A DNA stretch of 64,000 bases, from the NCBI RefSeq assembly GCF_000315625.1, contig NW_005434547.1, positions 91,239 through 155,238 of the forward strand, written 5' to 3'. Source of the stretch: Guillardia theta CCMP2712. Lineage: Eukaryota > Protista > Cryptophyta. This document shows, one piece after another, positions 13,016-24,180 of this stretch. Below the pieces are notes generated by a model that was not told the origin of the DNA, did no database searches, and was given only the letters and a program-made list of their open reading frames with translations. The first letter of the stretch is position 1, and each line of letters begins with the position of its first letter. A program made the position numbers and the translations under genes.

Positions 13016-13736
13016 TGACTGACTGACTGACTGACTGACTGACTGACTGACTGACTGACTGACTGACTGACTGACTGACTGACTGACTGACTGACTGACT
13101 GACTGACTGACTGACTGACTGACTGACTCTGAGGAGGATTACTTGTGGCATTGGTTCATCATCGATGTCATCGAGCTGAAAGAAAAACGTCATGTTCACA
13201 GCACTCGCAGCGTTCAGACACCTTGGATCCTCCTCGAGCCGTTCCACTTGACTGCAACAGCATAGAGTCAGGATCCATCCACGGCGGTAAGAGTCCAGTA
13301 AGGTTTTCGGTCTCAGAGCACAGCGATAACAGCAGCAGGCAGAGGAGGCAGAGGGAAGGGAGAGGGAGACGGTCGTTCTTGCAGCAGGGCATGCAAGGGA
13401 CTAGAATCAGGACTCACCTTCGGTGCACTATCCTGTTGCTTCTGCTCAGCAGGATCTGGAACATGTCCGCCATAGCTCTCTGCTCCGGGCACAATCAGGG
13501 GCTATCGTAGACTTGTAGCTGACAGCAAGAAACAAGTAGGCAGTGATTGCTCGACCTATGAACTCCTTGAAGAATTTCATTTGCGGAGTGTGGAGGAGCT
13601 GTGGGTTAGCCTGTGAAGGAGGGGGCAGATGTCACAGAAGCATCCAAAAGAGTCGCATACATGTTTGTTGTACCTTAATGATGTCAACTGTGTTCTTGAG
13701 CATCTTAACAGCAGCATCGATATCTTGCGTCGCCAT
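10880..13736 (-). CDS. ST13: Hsc70-interacting protein (HIP/ST13), multi-exon
   Basis: N-terminal ANPQLLHTPQMKFFKEF dimerisation motif, acidic linker, TPR exons (AALRDADKALEVNPDSAKALK), GGMP repeats, STI1/DP domain (DPEIMAAMQNP...NPMAMGKYANDPE). Confidence 0.9.
12888..13128. repeat. (GACT)n microsatellite in a HIP intron
   Basis: ~240 bp of GACT units with a few GAGT variants. Confidence 0.97.
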
Positions 13737-16700
13737 TTTCTGTCATTGACACATGTTTCAGAGCAAAAACATAGAATAGACGCTCTTAATGATTGTCTGC
13801 CTCCCGTCAGAATTCCCTAATGGCCGTTTTTCATAGAAAACGCGACAAGGTCAGCTGTTGGATCCATGAGGCATGGGACACATCACTGTGACGAGGATCC
13901 GAACGGTAGGTTATCAATGTTGGATAAACGGAGGAAACATGGTTAGACCATTTCTGTAACCTCTCAACATATTGTGAGGAATCTTGCTAAAACCATCCAT
14001 ACAAATTCAAAGTTAACTAAGATCCTAAGGTCTGCTGTTCTAATTCGATATCTAACAGGTTTCTTTCGCACCCATATGAGTGCATCTTGAACATTTTCAT
14101 GTTTTCCTCCTCATTCACTACATCATGTTCTCTTCTTGCTCTTCCTTTCCCTTTGTTTTCCCACCATTCCCTAATTGCTCGCATTACACCCGTTCTTTCC
14201 GGCTTCCACTGACCACCCCACCCCAAGGAAAAAAATGTGACTTTCCTGAAGAGCCTCACTGGTACTACCCTACCTATAAATATCCACATATCTGTTATAA
14301 AATACACGGGTAGACTCATATACCCATCCTTCCCAAACACCTGCCGCGGGACCTGGCAGAAAATGGTAGTACCCCTACCCCCATTTATATATGAATTTGC
14401 ACATGGTAGAACGGGTACACAAACAGTGCAAACTGAGCTCTTTTAACATCACGACCGTCTGCCCGGCGCATAATCAATTGAGTTCAACTAGGGTCGTCGG
14501 ACTCGGAGCCGCCCAGCCGGCGGCCGGGCGCCGCGGCCCGGCCCGGCGTGGCCGCCGCCGCCAGGCCCGGGCCCGGCCGCGGCGGGTCACTCCGAAGCCC
14601 GCCGCGCCCGGAAATGGCCGCGCATCATCATAAGAGTCTGATCATTCGGCCGCCGGCGACGCCGGTCGGATCGGTGGACGGCAGTGACAATCATTCAGTT
14701 CTCGGGTGAACTTGCCCCCGTCCGACCGGCCGGCTGACGGCCGCCGGCCGCTGGTACTGTACCGGGTCACTGCCGGGTCCCCGGGGACTCAGTGACGCCG
14801 GTCCCGGGCCGGGACTCCCCGCCGCAGTCACGGCCCACGGTGAGCGGCGAGCAGTGGCGTGAGAGACTGGTAGGGTCACGGTTACCCCACCGGCAGTTGC
14901 CCGGCGACCGTGCATAGCGTTGCTTTTCCGGCCGGGCGCTCATAGGCAAAATTGGCAATATTTTTTTTTTTTCGAAGGACCTGAGGGGTCCCTTCATTCC
15001 ATGCCAATTGGGAGTACCCTCCTTTGAGAAGTCATGTGGGAGGGTAGTCGCTCTCATGAAAATCGTTGCTGTGCAGGGCCAAAGAGGGGTAGGGTGATTT
15101 GAATTTGGTGGCGTGGACACCTCACCACGCCAAACCAATGTAAAAGTACGCATTTTAGGAGTATCTGTGGTACCAACTTAAAATTGCAGCTCTTACATGG
15201 TACAAAATGAGGGCCAAACTGGTCGGAACTTCGACTTCCGAGAACCCCTCCATTTGACTGTTGTTGGGGGGTGGGGTAGGCATGGAGCACCCTCAACCAC
15301 CCACCTTTGAAACAATTTGAAACTGTGTAATAGGGGGTGGGGGGTAGCCCCCTTTTCTCATTCCCCAAGCCCCCTCTCCCTGGACGAGCAAGAGGCGATG
15401 AAATGGTGCCTTCCTGACTCGCGAGGATGAACCTTGATATTGAGAGACTTCGAATCCAACCCAACTGAGATAGGAATGAGATGAAGATCTCATATCACAT
15501 CTGTAAGAGATGATCGAGCTTCTTTCTCAACTCTGCAGGTTGGGCCAAGGTTTGAATCATCCAGCGTGTAATGTAATATGTGCCCTTGGTTCATACAATC
15601 CGCGAGTGTACTTGCAAATATGCTTCGAAGACATGATGACATTTTTATGAACAGGTAAGGAACTAATAATGGATACACCATTGAACAGAATCAACTCTGA
15701 TTGACCCTTCTTTCAAATTGCAGTGCGTTGCACGTTGCGCTCAAATGCATGATTTGTGAGAAATTTGTATTCAACTGTACCTTGAGCGACTTTTCTGTCT
15801 AACAATATGTTCTCATGTCATCGCTCACTTTCAATTCTTCTAGTCTTACGGTCAGGATTCATGCACTTCACTTTTCTACAGAGGACAGGCTCACACGCAC
15901 TCAACAGTTCAACGGTGCATGAAGAGACGTTTGCAAAAAGGATGACTTCACCTGCTCGCATAGATTACTGTAGAGAATTGTTGTTGATCATGAATCACTA
16001 TATCCATGATCAAGTGCATTGACCATTGCATTTCCATGTTTCATGACGTAGGATGATTTTTCTGCACTTGGATTTCTTCCTCAGTCATGATGTTTCCACA
16101 ACGCTTCAGAAACCTAGTCAGAAATGAAACAATGTGCAGATAAATTTGAGCATCAATAAAAATAAATGAGATGTTCTTCGAATCAATCCTGCCTTGTTTT
16201 GACGGTTCGCAATGCTGCCGTGCAGTTGTAGAGTTCTTGTCGCATGTGGCACTACAGAGGAGTGCCTTGTTCAACAGAACAAGCACTCGGTGATTGTAAA
16301 AGGATCACAAACGCTGTGAATCAATAAATAGAATTCCACATCCAGGGTATCACATCTTTATTAGAAGAGTTTCAATCAGGGTAAAAGCACAACCGACCTC
16401 CTTGTAATCAAGAACACGTTCCATCTTTTGCCTTGCGAAGGTGTATCTATGTGAACCAAGAAGCATGTGACATGTGGCCACATCATACATGCTCTACGGC
16501 CTGGAATATTGGCATCTTCAAAAGTGCTCATGTTTGCGTTGAGATCATCTGCTTGGCAGCGGCTCATTGATGAACAAAATCCGATGCAAGTTCACACCAG
16601 TAATATTCACATGATGCATCATGTGATGAAATGACCTAGGCCTTGGTGATTTGCAAAATGTTTCATCGTTCAAACACGTCCTTGAAAATCAGATGAAGAA

Positions 16701-17747
16701 TCCTTCACGAACCACGGGACTTGCTTGTCCGACATCATTCGACAGCACTGCGGATCATGGTTGTTTCAAGCAGTCGAGCAGCTCACTGCTAAAATGCACC
16801 GTGCATTATTTATTGGCATCTTCTTGCGAGACTATCAGACATAGTCGTGCAGATATGTGTTCTTGAGCTCACAGGTGACCGTACAGCTTTTGAACAATCC
16901 AGTCACCATCTGATGATGATTCCCTGTCGTCTTGTGTGTAACCTCCATCCATTTACTCCAACTCAGTTTCCCTGTCATGCATCACAGATAGCTTAGGGTA
17001 TTTTACGCTTTGGTTTCGATTGCAATGTAACCCTGTGATGGTGTTTTCACTTGTATTATTCATGCTCTTCGCTTACCAAACGATTTTTCGTGAGATTCAC
17101 GAGCTCTACCAAGCACTCCTCAAGGATCATCATCTCTACACCTCAGGAATTTCCCATGAGTATGTTCGGTGAACATCTGACATCTGCACACGCTGCCGCG
17201 GGCTTGCTGTTTGCGAGCCATCGTTAGGGCAGTACAGAGCGGTGCGACGTGCCCCGTGCAAGGGGAGGCTCATGGCGTGTAGGGGGAGTTTCAAACTTGT
17301 TTATAAATTTGTACCACAAGAAGGCTTTACAACTAAGTTGGTAGACTACCCCACGATCTGACTGTAACTTGTGGGGTGTAGCCCTACTTCTCTGTTTATA
17401 CTCAACCATTACACAATACAGTCTAAAATATCTTATTGGAAAACAAAATGAGAATTATAAAGCTGAATTCGAACCCTATTTCAGATTCTCAAACACGCCA
17501 CCCCCAAATCTACCTAGAAAGCAGAACAACCCCCCCACGGGAAAGCATACAGCCCAAAACAGACAAATCAAAATGTCAACGCTATGACCGTACGGTCATC
17601 GGAGTCGGAGAGTCGGACTCCGAGTCGGAGGGGACTCGGAGATGGGTAGTATTCCGGGGCCCCGTGACTCTGGCGGAGCCTTGTGGGAGCCCGTGAGCCA
17701 CTGCTGTGACAGATCCGGTGATCATCTACATACTTATTAACCGTAAC

Positions 17748-17782
17748 TTTACTCAAAGTTAAGTTAAAGATCAGTACGAGGA
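17748..17782 (-). repeat. conserved 35-bp island motif, copy 2
   Basis: Reverse complement reads TCCTCGTACTGATCTTTAACTTAACTTTGAGTAAA. Confidence 0.9.
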
Positions 17783-18191
17783 ACTATGATCGAGTCTCGG
17801 ACCTTCGAGTCCGGGCCAGGGCAAAAGGAACCAGTCTTTAGATCTTTAGATCGCTGACGCCCCACGAGCAGTAAACTTAGTGACGGCGCACTCCTGTAAA
17901 GCATGGCTGATCTCGAGCTCGCCCCTCAGACGGGCATAGGAGGGCAAAGGTAGTCATGTGCAGTTTACTGCTGAGCCCGTGTCTTAAGACGAGACCGAAA
18001 ACACTCCTCTTCAAGACTATTATTTTGATCTCGAGATTTGATTGCGATAAGATGACAGTGATAACAGCAAGCGCTTGCCTTCTTGAGTCATAGTGCTTGC
18101 CCTCTATGAAGAAGGCAAGCGCTTGCCCTCTTTATACACTTCGCCACACCCCACACCTCCGTGTTGCCCACTGACTGCCGACGGCCTCCTG

Positions 18192-18242
<51 letters not shown>

Positions 18243-18265
18243 GTTCAGCCCTGACCTCCATCGGT

Positions 18266-18625
18266 ATGTCCACATCGACCTTTGACCCCAGCAACAACAA
18301 GATGGCCTCGCGAGACAGGCACGCGGAGATCTCGAGCAAGCAGGACTCAGCTGGGGACTGCCTCCACCTCCAGGTGGAACTCTGCCCCGGAGACGAGGAG
18401 CGGTGGTCCATGCCGAGGATACACTCTAGATTCGAGGCCCCGACAACCGCATGTCCGAGCTCTCTTCCTCCTCCTCGTCGTTTCCAGCGGTCCAGCCAAG
18501 CACCTCCCCTGCCCTCGTCAGAGCAGTCGAGGCTGCGAGCCCTGCGGAACCGACAGATAGGCCGGGAGATGCGCGCTGCTCCGGGGGCGAGGAGGGAGAT
18601 ACCTTTCCACGTCGTGGCTCTCTGA
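18266..18625 (+). CDS. small intronless protein, paralog S1 of an unknown LPPPxRF/RNRQxGxEM family
   Basis: ATG at 18266 (or 18302). Shares RFExP, SLPPPxRF/Y and SRLRxLRNRQxGxEM with the ORF at 19875..20243(-). TATA-like TTTATAC upstream at ~18131. Confidence 0.6.
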   Translation: MSTSTFDPSNNKMASRDRHAEISSKQDSAGDCLHLQVELCPGDEERWSMPRIHSRFEAPTTACPSSLPPPRRFQRSSQAPPLPSSEQSRLRALRNRQIGREMRAAPGARREIPFHVVAL

Positions 18626-19874
18626 CAAGACAGCTGACGGTAGGAGGGAGCCGCGACACATGGCCAACAACTCCAGTTAGACACGTTGTACCAAGAGGAT
18701 GTATGTAGTACATGAAGGACCCCAGAGACAAGGCATGATGGCCTTGAACGGCATCAAGTAAGGCAGCATCATCGGTCGCACGGATACGTCTAGTGTGCTG
18801 AGGTCATCCGAAGATGGATCCGGCATCATTTTGTGGATGGTTGTTTTGATTAAAGAGTTCATTCGTCCTTTCATTGGCCAGTCCAACGGCATCGAGACCA
18901 CAAGATAGCGCGAGCAGACTCTGCTGACGGGTCATGCACGCGCTCAGTGAAAGATGACAACGAATTGATGCTGAGATGTCAGCAAGGAACGTCTCTCTCT
19001 GTATAGATATCAGAGCGGGGGAATAGCTGCCTGATGGCGCTGGGGAGGCGATCGGGCGGACCAAGGGAGGCGTCGTGAATTGAGGCAAGGGCGCAATGGG
19101 ACTGGGTACGAGGTGATTGCCAATAGTCAACGAGATTGTGTATGAGAGGAGGAATTGAAGGAGAGGACAACAGATGAAGTTGCCTGTCATTCTTTGATGA
19201 TAAGCAACAAAACAAGTGATTGGGATGCGGAAAGCAAAAGGAGATTGGGACGAGGTTATTTGCTGATTTACTGCTTCTCGAATAGATCATGATCGCTGAG
19301 CTCGTCGCTGAGATGCTTCACTACCGAGCAGCAGTAGATTGACCTCGAAGGGAGAGCTCATGATATCGTCTGTAGTCAGTCTGACTACAACACCATGTAG
19401 AGAGGCAGGAGTTTGTTGTCCTTACCTGACTTTCTCCGTCAACTTGTTCATGGACCGTGACGTGCGGGGACACAAGAGGTATTGTGAGGTTGGGCAGGAA
19501 GTCAGGCCTACCTCGTCAGCTTAACGGCAGCCATGGCAGACTTGATAGAAGATCTCTAAAAGAGACCTCGAGATCTGCCGCCGCAGCATGACAGGAGAGG
19601 GAGGAGCTGAGTTCATGAGAAGACCTTGACGGTCAATGACAGATGGAGCTGGACGATTGCTGGCAGAGTTGTTGATTCTGTCAAGCAGAGGTTCATTTGA
19701 CAACCTCATTGCAGTAAGGCAACAACCTCTTGGTTGTTCAGCTCCCGCGGGTTTTATTCAACAATACCAATCTTGTTGTTCTCACATTCCATGCAGCTCC
19801 GTCGTTCATCAGCCCATCCTTTCCATCTGCTATAAATGGCTGTGTCTGGTCCTCGACGTCTCCCTTGGTCGGCC

Positions 19875-20243
19875 CTATCTCCTTCCCAGCGCCAGCACTC
19901 TCAGCACAACCTCTCTCCCCGCCTCCGACCCGACGCTCATCTCCAGCCCCATCTGTCGGTTCCGCAGCCCTCGCAGCCTCGACAGCTCTGCCGACAGCAT
20001 GGCACAAGGCTGAGGTTGACCAGCAGAGCACGAGTCTCCGCGGCTGCGAGAAGACGATCGATATCGCTGAGGAGGAGGAAGAGAGGGAGGCGAGGGGAAG
20101 CGGAGGAGGGGAGGACGAGGAGTCTCGAACCTGGTGTTGATGAGCGGCAGGCAGGGGAGGAAGCCAGGCTCCTCATCGTCCACGAGAGGGGAGGGACGAG
20201 CATGAAGCGTGAGGGGGACAGCTTCAACCATCGGCATCAGCAT
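19875..20243 (-). CDS. small intronless protein, paralog S2
   Basis: LPLINTRFETP...SLPPPQRYRSS...SRLRGLRNRQMGLEM aligns in frame with S1. Confidence 0.6.
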   Translation of the reverse strand: MLMPMVEAVPLTLHARPSPLVDDEEPGFLPCLPLINTRFETPRPPLLRFPSPPSLPPPQRYRSSSRSRGDSCSAGQPQPCAMLSAELSRLRGLRNRQMGLEMSVGSEAGREVVLRVLALGRR

Positions 20244-20519
20244 ACTCACTCGTCGTGCTTGTCAACACGCCACACGCGAGGCTTGTCAAGCCAAAGGAGA
20301 TGCGAGGGTCGTTTGACGTCTCGTGACTGATCGTGTGACCGTGTCATGAGATCAGGTGTCGCAAGGCTTGCTGATGTTAAAATAAAGTCTATACTACTAT
20401 AAGTTTGACTGGCCAAACGTATACTCCCCCTCCTGCTTCTCTACATTCTCACTGCTCTTCTTGTCTTCGCTCAGCCTCTAGTCCCTCCGGTTCTCTCTCT
20501 TCCTCTCTTCCATCCCAGC

Positions 20520-20824
20520 ATGCAGTTGACTCAGTTCATCGACCACCACATCTCCCGCCCCATCTCCCCCAGTTTCTCCATCCCGAGGACAGCCGGGACC
20601 TGCTGGAGGAGGATAGCAGCTTGACCCTCGAGCGCTGCAAGGACTCCCCGATGCTGCCTCCCCCGACGAGGTTCCGCAAGGGGCAGAGGCAGCAGGCGGC
20701 TGAAGGCACGGCGAGTCAGTCGAGCAGGCGGCACTACAGACAGGAGTGGAGCAGGCAAGTAGGGAGGCAGATCATGGGCTCTGCGGACATGAAGCGGATG
20801 GAGCTGGAGAGCAAGGGAGGGTGA
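20520..20824 (+). pseudogene. frameshifted copy (S3) of small ORF S4
   Basis: Near-identical to 21835..22140(-) but 305 nt vs 306 nt, with a 1-nt deletion near 20570-20576. Confidence 0.65.
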
Positions 20825-21834
20825 GAGGATGAGGGAGGGAAAGGAGGAGGTCCTGCGTCAAGACTAGGAGACTCTAGTAGCGCGTTCTCTGGAACCGCCT
20901 TTAAGACAAGTCACCCATCAAGCATCTTCTTGTAAGCAAGAGAGATCTGAGCATAGAGCAGCGAGAATTCTTCTGGGCCGGTACTCGTTGCTGTAGTCCA
21001 ACACCGTTTATAAGATGGACAATATTAGCACATGTTAGCCCCACCCATCCCCGAACCAGTCAAGCTCTCTATTCCTTTCCTTGCTCCTCTCCTCCTGGGG
21101 CCCACCATCTCCGTTTGCAGGGCTAATACCTTGCAGTATGTGTTGATACTTCAGTCCCATTCTCAACAGTCTCACGGTATTTACTCCCTCAACCGTCATC
21201 ATCTTCTCCAGACCTTCATATCTGTCTTCCCCTCTTTTTGCTGTACCTCTTTCAGTATTTTTCTATTACAATGATGAAACGAGCATACAGAAGCGTTATC
21301 TTTGCGTGTCAGCAATCAAAGAGCAGATTCAAAGACAGCCAAGATCACTTCTCGCTTCTTGACCACCTTTTATAGAGTTACTCTAGACCAAGTTTGTGCC
21401 GTCGATCAGTTTTGTTGGGATGTCAGAATGAGCCATTGAAGTTGATCCATCGACTGGTGTTCAGATCCGACACAAACAATGGATGTCTGTATCCAAGATA
21501 CGATTCCACAGGGCTATCAATTCCGCCTACTGGACAAATATCCATCTGACAGTGAGGCTGGTAATGATATCGAGACGTGTTCATTGCCCAATCAACAATC
21601 ATGTAAGAAAAGTTCATTATCAACCCACACTTGGTCGACCTCGCTCACTCAGCACAATTCCTAGCGATCCAGATCACAAGCCTTGCAGACTCGAGATTGG
21701 TTGCGGTATCAACATGAATAATTACACACCAAGGAAGATCCCTGAGCCTTCCAGCCCTCAGCGTCCTGTTCTCCTGCTTGTTTGAGGTCTCTATGTATTG
21801 ACGCAGGACCTCCTCCTTTCCCTCCCTCATCCTC

Positions 21835-22140
21835 TCACCCTCCCTTGCTCTCCAGCTCCATCCGCTTCATGTCCGCAGAGCCCATGATCTGCCTCCCTAC
21901 TTGCCTGCTCCACTCCCGTCTGTAGTGCCGCCTGCTCGACTGACTCGCCGTGCCTTCAGCCGCCTGCTGCCTCTGCCCCTTGCGGAACCTCGTCGGGGGA
22001 GGCAGCTTCGGGGAGTCCTTGCAACGCTCGAGGGTCAAGCTGCTATCCTCCTCCAGCAGGTCCCGGCTGTCCTCGGGATGGAGAAGACTGGCGGAGATGG
22101 GGCGGGAGATGTGGTGGTCGATGAACTGAGTCAACTGCAT
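21835..22140 (-). CDS. small intronless 101-aa protein, paralog S4
   Basis: MQLTQFIDHH...KLPPPTRFRKG...SRQVGRQIM. The ORF coincides almost exactly with the duplicated arm. Confidence 0.55.
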   Translation of the reverse strand: MQLTQFIDHHISRPISASLLHPEDSRDLLEEDSSLTLERCKDSPKLPPPTRFRKGQRQQAAEGTASQSSRRHYRREWSRQVGRQIMGSADMKRMELESKGG

Positions 22141-22588
22141 GCCGGGCAGGCACCTATGTGCTGGAGAGAAGTACTGAGGCAGGAGAGAAGAGAGAAGTTA
22201 TTGAGGGGATTCCACAGAAGGAGGAGACAAACGTGAAGGAGATGAATATGAGCGACAAGCACAACGGGGAGGAGGAGGCGGTGGAGAGGCTGGGAGAGGG
22301 GAGCGATACTAGGGCTTCTGACTGGGAGCGTGAAAGAGCTTTAAAAAAACAAGGGAAGGATAGGGGTCAAAAGTCAAGAAAAACTGACTTTTACTCCCTG
22401 CAGGCTAAAAGTGGTTATAGGCTGCTGTTCCCGGTACAAATCTTAAAAACATATCTCTATGACTGGCCAATGGTCACGTACCGAGAGGGTTTTGACTCCA
22501 TGGGCCTTTTGCAAGGCGTTTGACCACGGCTGGTCAAACACCGGTTAAATCCGATCCGGCGGGTCGCTGGCCATCATCATTGATCATG

Positions 22589-22661
22589 TTTACTCAAAGT
22601 TAAGTGCAGTGCGACGACATGTGTCGTACTGATTTTTAACTTAACTTTGACTCACCGTAAA
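22589..22661. repeat. two inverted copies of the 35-bp motif (partial 22589-22605, near-full 22624-22661)
   Basis: TTTACTCAAAGTTAAGT...TCGTACTGATTTTTAACTTAACTTTGA[CTCACC]GTAAA. Confidence 0.88.
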
Positions 22662-22675
22662 TTTGAGGCCCAGTA

Positions 22676-24178
22676 GGCGTGTTCGGTACGCCAATTACAG
22701 GTGGAATGCTGGTACATCAAAAAATTGAGTAAAGCAAATATGGGACCTCGGACCCAGAATTGCAAATTCAAAAGTTGGTGGAATACACCCACAATTGCAT
22801 TTCCACCGACTATTGAAACGAGAGCTTTTCGAATTAATGTACCATGAAATTGTTGTACCAGAGGCCATTTAATGTACGATGAATAATTTGTACCAGAGGC
22901 CAATTTGATGTACCGCGAGCTTACAACGCGAATTTAATTTCAAATTCTTGTCTTCACCAATCGCGCGCGCATCAACCATGGCAGCAACCTATGCAGGCTG
23001 AAGATCCCCACGGCACTCCACAGCAACCTATGCAGGCTGAAGATCCCCACGGCGCTCCACTACGTGTTGGAACAGGCGATGAAGGACCTCATGCACTAGG
23101 CGTGGGAGAGCCATCTGAACTGTCCCATGCGGCCATGCAATTCAAGGGGGATGGGGAACAGCGCATGGTGGAGATAGAGGTTTTCTTTATTGAAACTCAT
23201 CTGCCAACGACAGGTAATCCTCCACAGACACATCCAGCACCATGTGCTCCCCTTCGAAGTATGCTGTTGTCTGGTTCCCATAAAACAGAGTGTGGATGTT
23301 GAAAATGAACATCGCAAGAGGAAAGAACTTCGCATGTGAGCAGCAAATTGGCTAAATCGATGCCTCCAAGGCCGCATGCTTGCCAACAAGATAGCGTACC
23401 TCTTGTGCAAGATTCTGACCATGTGATTGAAAGTTTCGGAAAGAACTGTGATGGATCCACCCAGAATATATACCAGATCGCACCACCGCGCAGGATATGA
23501 CAGCCGTCGCAGGAAAATCATGAAAGCTGAGTCTGCACGCACGGATGTCCTGTGCCCTCGCTTTCCAAACTTCAACAAGATTGGTTCGTCCCCTACCATC
23601 ATTGGCTGCCCGTTATCATCCTTCAAGCATCGCAGAATGCGATGAAAATGTACTTTACGAAAACGGAACTGCTGCACGAATTCCACGTGCGAGAAGCAAT
23701 CTGGCGTCTTCAGTGGTCCCTGCGATCCGGTCCGCTGAAAGGGCAGATTGACGATACGGTTGTTCATGTCCATCATAGACAACAAGCACACAAGCTTCCG
23801 CACCCGACTACGTGAACGAAGCAGCCAAAACAATGCATCACCAACCCCCATGCCAAGAAGCCACATGCTCTGCCGTGAATGCTGCCAAATCGTGAGCATG
23901 AGAATCCGCCTGATGCGCGCTGATGAGCGATTGACCACAGCCTTCTCCAAATGGTAGAGGAGGGTGCGCCTCCCATACATCCGTGGCGTGTCTCGCTGAA
24001 TCGGCATGGTTGATGGGAGCAAGGGCACGGTTTGAATCTTAAAATGTTACTATTATCTTACAACATGACTTATTAAATTGCAATACCGAACACGTTTTCT
24101 GCGCGCGTTCTGAAATCTTAAATGTGGCCCACAATTGAGAATTCAGAATTGACCTGGAATTGGCGTACCGAACACGCC
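22676..24178 (-). mobile_element. PIF/Harbinger-like DNA transposon, internally deleted (non-autonomous)
   Basis: TIR GGCGTGTTCGGTACGCCAATT(a/c)CAGGT at 22676-22702 and its reverse complement ending at 24178, with TA on both flanks. Contains a truncated transposase ORF. Confidence 0.85.
23330..24028 (-). pseudogene. truncated Harbinger/DDE_Tnp_4-type transposase (N-terminal HTH region only)
   Basis: FVQQFRF...FMIFLRRLSYPARWCDLVYILGGS...LSETF matches the HTH that precedes the DDE domain in Harbinger/ISL2EU-like transposases. No DDE motifs follow. Confidence 0.75.
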
Positions 24179-24180
24179 TA

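Larger units (their letters stand above)
20518..22142. repeat. inverted repeat, arms ~20518-20861 and ~21798-22142, spacer ~940 bp
   Basis: Direct reverse-complement comparison shows only a handful of substitutions and one indel over ~344 bp. Confidence 0.95.

Noticed and set aside
15490-17221. Possible minus-strand gene starting at ATG 17221
   Set aside because: Splice-like signals are present but there is no supportable exon chain or family.
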